Shown one piece after another: positions 27,312 through 34,385 of a DNA stretch of 34,385 nucleotides. This DNA is from an uncultured Rikenellaceae bacterium. GTDB taxonomy: Bacteria > Bacteroidota > Bacteroidia > Bacteroidales > Tenuifilaceae. The stretch lies in NCBI GenBank assembly GCA_964616315.1, contig CAZTVB010000001.1, positions 1-34,385 on the forward strand, in the 5' to 3' direction. The notes beneath the pieces were generated by a model that was given only the letters and a program-made list of their open reading frames with translations, searched no databases and was not told where the DNA came from. The first letter of the stretch is position 1. Every line of letters starts with the position of its first letter. The position numbers were made by a program, and so were the translations under genes.

Positions 27312-27812
27312 TTAAATACTAAGCCTAGAAAAAACGGAATCATCCTTAACAATTTCAACCATCATATTAGTGTAATTATCGTAATCAAATAATTTAAAAG
27401 GCTTCGTTTTAATGTCAGTAAATCGCCTTATCTCTTCACAACTTAAAATTATTTGCCAAGTTTGAAAAAGACTCATTAAAACATTAATTTCTATTTCGAA
27501 TTTAGGTAGCCCTTGTGTTTGCTTGTACTTTAAAAGAGAATACATGAAAACAGTCCATTGATGCGTATCTTCAATGTCTATAATGGTTTCTTCGTCTGTT
27601 ACTAGCCAAAACAAAAAAAGATGATTGGGTATTTTATCTGAAAGAATATCCAGGTTGTTTGAAATAAAGTCTACGCTTTCTTTAATCAGTAAATCGTTAT
27701 CAATTGTTAGGTTTTGAGGTTTTGAAGAAAGTGTCTTTCCGCAATTTGGGCATCGGCCTTTTAGGATCGCTACTTCTACTCCACAATGGGGGCATTTTGC
27801 TTCTGGTGGCAT
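27312..27812 (-). CDS. Zinc-ribbon hypothetical protein
   Basis: N-terminal CPHC...CPNC followed by a helical domain. Confidence 0.65.
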   Translation of the reverse strand: MPPEAKCPHCGVEVAILKGRCPNCGKTLSSKPQNLTIDNDLLIKESVDFISNNLDILSDKIPNHLFLFWLVTDEETIIDIEDTHQWTVFMYSLLKYKQTQGLPKFEIEINVLMSLFQTWQIILSCEEIRRFTDIKTKPFKLFDYDNYTNMMVEIVKDDSVFSRLSI

Positions 27813-27826
27813 AATTTTTATAATTA

Positions 27827-28639
27827 TTAATTACTTGATTTTGTAAGGGAATCATTCTTTTTTTTCCGGAGTTCTATAGTGCTTCTGCGTATTCGAGATA
27901 CAGAACTAGTATCGTAAGGAGCGAGTATATTAGAAGTATCGGGGAGTTCCTTATAAATATGGTGGAAGTCTTGATAATAATCTTTTTCCTTGCGAATTAT
28001 TCTAAAGGAGTAATTATCTGAGAGTATTGTATATGAAAAAAACAAAATAAAAAATAAAGAAAATATAAATGCAAATAATTTTATAGTATTCAAAACTTGT
28101 TTACGCTGTTTTCTATTGTATTCAGCTAAACTGGCTTCGGGGCTTAATCCATTCTCTGTGCTTAATTCGCTCAGAGTAAATGCAGTGGTTAGGTTCATTC
28201 CCTTTAAGTTCAACTCTTCATGTACGCTTAATTTTCCCTGCACAACAGGAAAATTAAAAGACGGATCGGGTTCTACAAAAAGGTGAACTTTTCTAATTGA
28301 GCAATCCTCGTTGTACTCGACATACCTTCTGCTAACCTTGCACCAGAATTGGTCATACGAGTAAAATGAATCGTAAATGGATAGTTCTGCGTTTTTATCG
28401 TCCTCCATGAAGCGCGCCCTGTACCTTTCTTCCCATCTATCTCCTAGTAAGGTTTTCAGGTTGAAGTAGTCATTGGGCCCAGGTAATGTTCCTTGTTCAA
28501 AAAAAAATGTGGGTAGGTCGCCATAGGTTATCTTTGAAGAGGAAAACTTACCAAAAGAAGGTTTCACAATGGGGTCATTTTTCGATGTATAGGAAAATGA
28601 TAATTTTATTTGAACTTCGATTTTAGAATCTGCTGTCAT
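27827..28639 (-). CDS. Hypothetical single-pass membrane protein
   Basis: 270-aa ORF with one TM helix (LFAFIFSLFFILFF) in the C-terminal third. Confidence 0.65.
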   Translation of the reverse strand: MTADSKIEVQIKLSFSYTSKNDPIVKPSFGKFSSSKITYGDLPTFFFEQGTLPGPNDYFNLKTLLGDRWEERYRARFMEDDKNAELSIYDSFYSYDQFWCKVSRRYVEYNEDCSIRKVHLFVEPDPSFNFPVVQGKLSVHEELNLKGMNLTTAFTLSELSTENGLSPEASLAEYNRKQRKQVLNTIKLFAFIFSLFFILFFSYTILSDNYSFRIIRKEKDYYQDFHHIYKELPDTSNILAPYDTSSVSRIRRSTIELRKKKNDSLTKSSN

Positions 28640-28657
28640 ATGCTATATATTTAGTTG

Positions 28658-29374
28658 TTAAGTTGTTAGTTCAGGGTAGTTTTTAAACGATTTTCCTTGG
28701 AGTAAACTTCCCGTTTTCTTCTTGTTTACTCCTCCCCACTGCTTAAAGAAAAAGGGAACTCCCGCTTTTTCGCACTGGGCTTTAATATCAGTTACCCACT
28801 CCTCTTTTATCTCCCTCGATCCTGGTCCACTCTCTCCACCAACAATAACCCAATCGATTCCGTTTAGGTTAAGGTTTGGCATGGCCGATAGCATCGGTTC
28901 TATCGAGAGAAACTTTACAGCAGCGTTTGTTCTCCGTAAACTCTCGATTCTGCCGTAGTGCTTGCTGCTCTCTACGGTAACCCCCACCCAAATGTTAGTC
29001 GTAAAGTTCAGTTCTTTGGCGTGTTTTTCGAGTAAATAGGCCCTTTTAGTCAAAACCTGAAAGGTATGAAGGGAGCAGTCGTTCATTACCTTAAATGCGT
29101 CCTTAATGAAGGTTAAAGGCATACTCTCATGAAACAGGTCGCTCATAGAGTTTACGAATACCCTTCTAGGTTTTTTCCAGGTATAGGGAGTAAGCAGCTC
29201 AGGCTGATGGAGCGTTAAGTTAAAGCCGTTCTCGTACTTAGTTTGCCCCATCGCATGTAAACGCCTGGTCATTTTTTCCGCATAGCAGTTGGCGCACCCC
29301 TCGGAAATTTTAGTGCATCCCGTTGAGACGTTCCATGTCTGTTCTGTCCACTCTATTTTAGTACTCGTTGCCAT
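28658..29374 (-). CDS. DUF5131 / phage Gp37Gp68-family protein (radical-SAM-like, three-Cys motif)
   Basis: KIEWTEQTWN..TGCTKISEGCANCYA, FVNSMSDLF, FLSIEP, WVIVGGESG and FFFKQWGG motifs. Confidence 0.9.
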   Translation of the reverse strand: MATSTKIEWTEQTWNVSTGCTKISEGCANCYAEKMTRRLHAMGQTKYENGFNLTLHQPELLTPYTWKKPRRVFVNSMSDLFHESMPLTFIKDAFKVMNDCSLHTFQVLTKRAYLLEKHAKELNFTTNIWVGVTVESSKHYGRIESLRRTNAAVKFLSIEPMLSAMPNLNLNGIDWVIVGGESGPGSREIKEEWVTDIKAQCEKAGVPFFFKQWGGVNKKKTGSLLQGKSFKNYPELTT

Positions 29375-29391
29375 TTTTTATTGTTTATCGC

Positions 29392-29772
29392 TTAGAATTC
29401 TTTTTCTCCTACCCAATCAATAACAGAACCGTTACACTCGGGAGCATTAGGGCAGCATATAAATTCCATTTTTTTGTATCTAAAAACTTTAAAATCTTTT
29501 ACGGTAAATACTTTATCGCAATGGAGGCATTGACGAGTTTCATTCAGCTTAGGTACAGGATCGAAAGGGAAGTTTTCTTTTAGATACTGCGCTTTTTTGG
29601 TGATTTTCACTTCTACCATTTCCGGTTCATTTTGAACTGAAGGAATAACCCCGCCACAGAGAGGGCAATCGGCTTCCCATGTTCTATGCTTAGGATTGCC
29701 CTTTGCTCGTAGGAGACCTTTATCGATTCTAACCTTTTTGCCACAATGGGGGCATTTTGCTTGAGGTGCCAT
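29392..29772 (-). CDS. Multi-zinc-ribbon hypothetical protein
   Basis: CPHC/CPLC and CLHC/CCPNAPEC cysteine clusters. Confidence 0.7.
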   Translation of the reverse strand: MAPQAKCPHCGKKVRIDKGLLRAKGNPKHRTWEADCPLCGGVIPSVQNEPEMVEVKITKKAQYLKENFPFDPVPKLNETRQCLHCDKVFTVKDFKVFRYKKMEFICCPNAPECNGSVIDWVGEKEF

Positions 29773-29802
29773 AGTTACCTTATTTTAGAGTTTTAGTGCG
29801 CT

Positions 29803-32205
29803 TTATTCTTTTAAAAACCCATACTCATAAATTTTGGGTTCAATTTTCTTTTCAATTTGTTTGAGTTTTTCTCTCAGCTCGTTTATTAATTTCATGTAAG
29901 TCATATCTTCGCTTTTATTGTTCATTTTACCCTGTTCGTTTCTACCTTGGAAATACTCTCTAATATCGTATAACGAAGCATTTACATTGCAACCTGGTTG
30001 TTGGTGGTAGTATTTCCAGAGCTCTTTGCCTGCACTAAATACTTCTTGTGCTTCTGCTGAAAATTCTAATGGTGCTGTTCTTTGCTGTTGAATTCCAAAT
30101 AAATCACCTATGCTTTCTTGCTTGAACTTACCTTGAATATATTTTGTCATAAAGTTGCTTTCAAATTTTTCTCTTGAATTTACTTCATGTTCTGTAAAGG
30201 GAATCCAATGATTAGAGCCAAATTGGCTTTGTATATGAGTGTTGAATAAAGTAAAAGTTAAACAGTTATTTTGGAATTCGCTATCAGTTTCCCAATTATT
30301 GTTAGGTTGTAAAAATTGATCACGGTCATTAAGCCATGTTTGCGAAACGCAATGCCTTACAGCATAGTAAATAGAAACATGGATAAGGTTTTTGTCATTA
30401 ATCCATATTCCTCTAGGATTAGCCATTTGCTCTTTTTTGTTTAGAATATAAACTATCCCATTTTGTTGAAAATCATTACCATTTGTACCAGCTAAAAATC
30501 CAATGAACTTGGTTTTAACTTTGTTTTTTGAAATCCATTTATTTATAAACTCACTCTTGTCAGTTACTGTAAATGTCTTTTGACCGATGTGGTTACCGTT
30601 TTCATCAAAAACGTCAGAAACAGTATTTATAAAAGGTAGTTGTTTTTTAGTGTTCCAAATTTTGAAACCAATTGGAAAGTTTCCCTTCACATTATCAAAT
30701 GTGTATGCAGGTACAACAAATGATTTAAGTAATTCCGCTTTAAAAAAATTGCGAAATTCAGTAAATGCTGAACCCTGTAGTGCTTTAAGTTTAGAAAATT
30801 CTCCAATAATACACCCGTTCAGCTCAGCATAAATTCTGGCTAAAAACATAATGTATAATTCACGTCCTGCTGTTCCAATTTTTACAGAGTATTTATCGTG
30901 AGTCGTTGATATGTTTACTCCAGCTTTGCCTTTAACTCCCACGCTTGATACTTCGGCATAAGGGGGATTAATGTAAATAACTAATTTATTCCTTTTTTCC
31001 GTATCATTAATAATGTCCTGCAAGGGTCTAGGTAATATGGTAAATTCATCATTTAAAAAGTCGAACTGAAAAACATGGTCGTCGAGTAAATTAGCTCCGT
31101 TTTTTATGCGGTCGTGCATTACTTCAACATCTTGCATGTCTAATGTAGATGCCCAAATATTATACTTATTTGTAAGGCCATTCAATAAGTTCCCTGTTCC
31201 TGCCGCGCAATCCCAAATATAGTACTCGTCCTGCCAGTTTTCGCCAAGTGCATCGGACAAATATTTTTGAGACAGCTCTACCCATATATCGGGGGTGAAG
31301 TAACTTCCTTTTCTTTCTCTAACATCTTGCGATACGAGTAAATCTCGTCGCTCTACAATGTACTCCCAGTACTCTTCTCTCGGAGGACGATCATAGCGGT
31401 TCCAAAATTGCGTATGGGCTATCTGGTTATCATTGAAATCAACATTGCTTAATGTATAGGCTCCGTATTCGTCTAAATGTCTATTAAGTTCATATTTTGA
31501 ATTTTTTAAAACAACAAATAACTTGTCCTTTAAAGTAACGTTGTCGGCTGACAGCAAATCAGCAAGATAAAAATCGCCATCGATTACCCCTTTTTTATTC
31601 GCAACTTTCCAGTTTACGGCAATGGTTGGTTTTACTGTTTGTAACCATTTATTGTAAATGATCATAAAATTATTCTTATCAATTCTAGTTTTTGTTAAAC
31701 CTAGTTTGCCTAGAATAAAGTTGCCCTTAATAAACTTTTTGAGCTCCTCATTGTCCTTTTCGTAGTTGAATAGAAGCGTTTTTTTATCAATAATGGACTT
31801 TACTTTCTCAAGTAGTACTTTAAACTCCTTGGTTTCATGGTCGGATGGCGCTACGTTCCAGTTGAAATCATTTTGGTAAAAAACATCGTGAATTTCGCTA
31901 TACGGAATAAAAGCAATTTTCTCCCCATCTAAGGCACCAAGCATTGAAGGTGGTAAAACCTTGTCAAAGGTCCGCGCTTTTCCAATGGTCAGTATAAGCT
32001 GAACGATTGAGCTGTAAATATTCGAAGAGCCCTTTTTTGCCTCCGCCCAAAGTAAGGATTCCTGTTCAAATAGTTCCTTTTGGCTTTGGCGCAAGCAAAC
32101 GCAGTAGTCAACATTCCCAACTATTTTAGAGCAATCGTAGTTCCCAAAATAGTCATGTGATACTTTGTTTTTTAATTCCTCTTCTCTAATGTTCGAATAC
32201 TTCAT
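29803..32205 (-). CDS. Fused endonuclease-methyltransferase (type IIG-like restriction-modification enzyme)
   Basis: N-terminal PD-(D/E)xK-like VD...WAEAKK. Amino-methyltransferase motifs GSYFTP, WDCAAGTGNL (motif I) and INPPY (motif IV). TRD-like C-terminal half. Confidence 0.8.
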   Translation of the reverse strand: MKYSNIREEELKNKVSHDYFGNYDCSKIVGNVDYCVCLRQSQKELFEQESLLWAEAKKGSSNIYSSIVQLILTIGKARTFDKVLPPSMLGALDGEKIAFIPYSEIHDVFYQNDFNWNVAPSDHETKEFKVLLEKVKSIIDKKTLLFNYEKDNEELKKFIKGNFILGKLGLTKTRIDKNNFMIIYNKWLQTVKPTIAVNWKVANKKGVIDGDFYLADLLSADNVTLKDKLFVVLKNSKYELNRHLDEYGAYTLSNVDFNDNQIAHTQFWNRYDRPPREEYWEYIVERRDLLVSQDVRERKGSYFTPDIWVELSQKYLSDALGENWQDEYYIWDCAAGTGNLLNGLTNKYNIWASTLDMQDVEVMHDRIKNGANLLDDHVFQFDFLNDEFTILPRPLQDIINDTEKRNKLVIYINPPYAEVSSVGVKGKAGVNISTTHDKYSVKIGTAGRELYIMFLARIYAELNGCIIGEFSKLKALQGSAFTEFRNFFKAELLKSFVVPAYTFDNVKGNFPIGFKIWNTKKQLPFINTVSDVFDENGNHIGQKTFTVTDKSEFINKWISKNKVKTKFIGFLAGTNGNDFQQNGIVYILNKKEQMANPRGIWINDKNLIHVSIYYAVRHCVSQTWLNDRDQFLQPNNNWETDSEFQNNCLTFTLFNTHIQSQFGSNHWIPFTEHEVNSREKFESNFMTKYIQGKFKQESIGDLFGIQQQRTAPLEFSAEAQEVFSAGKELWKYYHQQPGCNVNASLYDIREYFQGRNEQGKMNNKSEDMTYMKLINELREKLKQIEKKIEPKIYEYGFLKE

Positions 32206-32270
32206 TTTTTCAGTCTGTTTTGCGCTATATCAATTATATGCTTTGAGGCTTCAGGGCTTTGAAAAAGTAT

Positions 32271-32600
32271 TTAAAAATTATTTTCAAGTAAATTTCTGAA
32301 ATTCGTATCATCCATTATAAATACAATAAAAGGATTTTCGGGTTTTACCCCTTCCTCTTTACATATAAAAATAAAGTTGTTGAGTACGGCTGCTTTGGGT
32401 ATGTTGGAAGAAGATTGTGTAAATTCGTATGCCTCATTAACAAGGCTTTGAACTAATTTTGGTATATTCCCAAGGTAAGCATTATAAAAATCCGTTAGGC
32501 TCATTTCCTTACCCCAGTCCTGTTGCTTTATTTCTTTTAAAGAGGCAATCCTTTTTGCCAGTTCAATCGCTTTACTATTGAAAATTTCTTTAGTGTCCAT
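32271..32600 (-). CDS. Hypothetical protein
   Basis: 109-aa co-directional ORF with an A-rich leader. Confidence 0.6.
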   Translation of the reverse strand: MDTKEIFNSKAIELAKRIASLKEIKQQDWGKEMSLTDFYNAYLGNIPKLVQSLVNEAYEFTQSSSNIPKAAVLNNFIFICKEEGVKPENPFIVFIMDDTNFRNLLENNF

Positions 32601-32626
32601 TGTTGTAGTTTGTAGGGGTTTTATTG

Positions 32627-33166
32627 TTAAAAATCAATTCTTTTATGATTTCCTTTTGAAAAAAAAAATTTTTTTTCTACAGATTGGTGCTTGCCTGGTT
32701 TTTCTCTTTTTATTTCTTCTAAAGCCCAATATCTCCCGAATAAATCGGACTTAGAAACATAACCTTTAAGTATATTTTTAAAGATAACGAGTTCTTTTTT
32801 GGGTCTATTAAAGGTTTGTTTTTCTATTTGTATGGAGTCGAATGAATGATTCTTTTTAACTACTATAATATCTTTCAACAAAAAAGTATTTAGCATTGCT
32901 TCGAAAAACCTAAAAAGTCCATTTTGTTCATCGTAATCTTCTGCAAAGGCAAGCCATCTGCTATTTTTTTCAAATACATGTAGTTTAATGGCCTTATTAT
33001 TATAGTAGTCAATTATATCTCCTTGCTTTACTCTTTTCTGACTAAACTTTTCAAGGAAATCTTTACATTCTTCATTTGATATGGAAACACAAGAATCACC
33101 TACGGCAAAATGGAAGAGGCTTTTAATTAAAGCAATTTTATCAAGGTCTGTTATATCGAAAATCAT
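32627..33166 (-). CDS. Hypothetical protein
   Basis: 179-aa ORF with FDITDLDKIALIKSLF...IDYYNNKAIK...YDEQNG pattern. Confidence 0.6.
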   Translation of the reverse strand: MIFDITDLDKIALIKSLFHFAVGDSCVSISNEECKDFLEKFSQKRVKQGDIIDYYNNKAIKLHVFEKNSRWLAFAEDYDEQNGLFRFFEAMLNTFLLKDIIVVKKNHSFDSIQIEKQTFNRPKKELVIFKNILKGYVSKSDLFGRYWALEEIKREKPGKHQSVEKKFFFSKGNHKRIDF

Positions 33167-33212
33167 AATTTTAAGATTAAAGAGACTGTTTGGTTTTAAT
33201 TAAAATTAAATA

Positions 33213-33313
33213 AGCAGGGAAACCGAGCGAGTACGTATATTTGCCAGCTTCACAACCGTATTACGCCTCCCGATTTTTTCTCGGTTTTCAATCCTGTGAA
33301 AGATTGCCCTGCT
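33213..33313 (-). ncRNA. Candidate structured RNA (unassigned family)
   Basis: Nested complementary segments forming a three-way junction, with G-U pairs and a GUGA tetraloop on the - strand. Fully intergenic. Confidence 0.5.
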
Positions 33314-33348
33314 GTCATTATTTTTCATTATGTTGTTGTTTGAGATAG

Positions 33349-34041
33349 TTACATTGAAATACCTTTATCTTTAAGTTTATGCTGTTTTTTTTCCTCTAAT
33401 AAATTATATTTAAATGCTTCACTGATTGTTTTCTTTACATCCTCCCATGTCTTGCCGTTAAGACAAACAACTTCTGGAGAGTTTTTCTGACCTGAATTCT
33501 CCTCGCACTTTTCATATTGGGTTATTCTCTCCATTACACCTCTAAGGTCGTTCCAAGGATACCTTTTTCGGTGGAACTGAGTAAGCTGTTTTAAGGAGTA
33601 ACTACTTAATATTTCAGAAATATCCCAGAAATCTTTTTTTTCAAGTCTTGAGGTTATGGCCTCCAACTTCATCGCTGCAATGTCAGCAACATGAGCGATT
33701 CTTATGCCCTCCTGGAGCGTAAAGGGAAAAATAAACGGCTCATCACTCATTACATCAATTTTCAGCTCTTTTCCCGAAGATGGATCGGGAAGGTAGACCG
33801 TAGCTCCATGCGAAAGCGTTCGGATCTCGCTATTAGGAAAGAAAGATTTAATATCGCTCTTAATCATCTCTCCTGTCCTGTAGTCAGGTCTGAATAAGTC
33901 TATGTCAAAACTCTTTCGGTGCCCAAGGACAAGGCTTAACGCAGTTCCTCCCACTAAAACATAATCGTTAAGAGAGGGGTTGTTCATTAATTCCTTTAGT
34001 GTCTCAAAGAGGAATGGTGAAACGGTTTCTTTGTGTAGCAT
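33349..34041 (-). CDS. AbiEii/AbiGii-family nucleotidyltransferase toxin
   Basis: LVGGTALSLVLGHRKSFDIDLF, KIDV and DIAAMKLEAI..R.EKKDFWD motifs. Confidence 0.9.
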   Translation of the reverse strand: MLHKETVSPFLFETLKELMNNPSLNDYVLVGGTALSLVLGHRKSFDIDLFRPDYRTGEMIKSDIKSFFPNSEIRTLSHGATVYLPDPSSGKELKIDVMSDEPFIFPFTLQEGIRIAHVADIAAMKLEAITSRLEKKDFWDISEILSSYSLKQLTQFHRKRYPWNDLRGVMERITQYEKCEENSGQKNSPEVVCLNGKTWEDVKKTISEAFKYNLLEEKKQHKLKDKGISM

Positions 34042-34292
34042 TTGAATTTGTTTTTGTTGGTATCAAAGATTACTGAAGCCATGTGTAAGCCTAACTCCGT
34101 TAGGCACTCAGCGTTTTTGAGCGTTTCTAAAACTCTATCATCCCCGTAGTAGCAAAGAATGCCGATAATGTCATCCCACTTGCCGTAGTTGAATACCCGG
34201 GTAATGATAAACCTGCTGTTCGCATCAAGGTCTAACTCTTCAAAATTAGCATCCCAAAAAGCGCGAGAGGATATGTGGTTTGAAATTTTCAT
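33996..34292 (-). CDS. DUF6922-like putative antitoxin
   Basis: FWDANFEELDLDANSRFIITRVFNYG motif. Overlaps the 5' end of the AbiEii gene. Confidence 0.8.
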   Translation of the reverse strand: MKISNHISSRAFWDANFEELDLDANSRFIITRVFNYGKWDDIIGILCYYGDDRVLETLKNAECLTELGLHMASVIFDTNKNKFKCYTKKPFHHSSLRH

Positions 34293-34385
34293 TATCTAAT
34301 ACTAAATAAGTTAGTTTTGTAATACGTGCGTTTTATGAGATTGTGTCTGTGTCTTGTTTTTTTCTAAAAGGGTATATTATAATAT

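Larger units (their letters stand above)
27781..29772. repeat. Direct repeat pair 27781-27812 / 29741-29772
   Basis: CCACAATGGGGGCATTTTGCTT is identical (22 bp) and 29/32 nt match up to each start codon. Spacing is 1960 bp. Confidence 0.85.

Noticed and set aside
27257-29800. Shared GAGTTTTAGT 10-mer upstream of two - strand genes, considered as attC-like cassette sites
   Set aside because: It is short, AT-rich and consistent with ordinary A-rich Bacteroidota translation leaders. There is no palindromic attC structure and no integron integrase.
34374-34385. ATATTATAATAT palindrome and AT-rich window ends as possible att or oriT sites, or a sign of circularity
   Set aside because: Low complexity, no convincing terminal repeat, and no integrase or relaxase in the window to support it.

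Overview
A Bacteroidota conjugative element (plasmid or ICE fragment) built from two convergent gene blocks. The + strand block (98-19855) is a CTnDOT-style transfer operon: ParA/TraA-like ATPase, RHH partner, DUF3945-like protein, two VirB2/TraE-like pilins, TraF, TraG (VirB4), a TraI/VirB5-position protein, then TraJ, TraK, TraM, TraN and TraO. It continues directly into a 2553-aa protein with about 22 Ig-like repeats, a PKD domain and a type IX secretion (T9SS) C-terminal sorting domain, followed by a coupled PKD lipoprotein. The - strand block (21339-34292) encodes an AbiEii/DUF6922 toxin-antitoxin pair, a fused type IIG-like restriction-modification enzyme, DUF5131, many small hypotheticals and a TopB-SLOG-PRTase cluster. 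A 1444-bp IS3-family (IS150-like) element has inserted exactly into the GAAA loop of the hairpin terminator between the two blocks. The most interesting candidate system is a T4SS operon carrying its own T9SS-exported giant adhesin. A structured ncRNA candidate lies at 33213-33313. No relaxase, coupling protein or integrase is visible in the window. All family calls come from motif recognition by eye, not from database searches.
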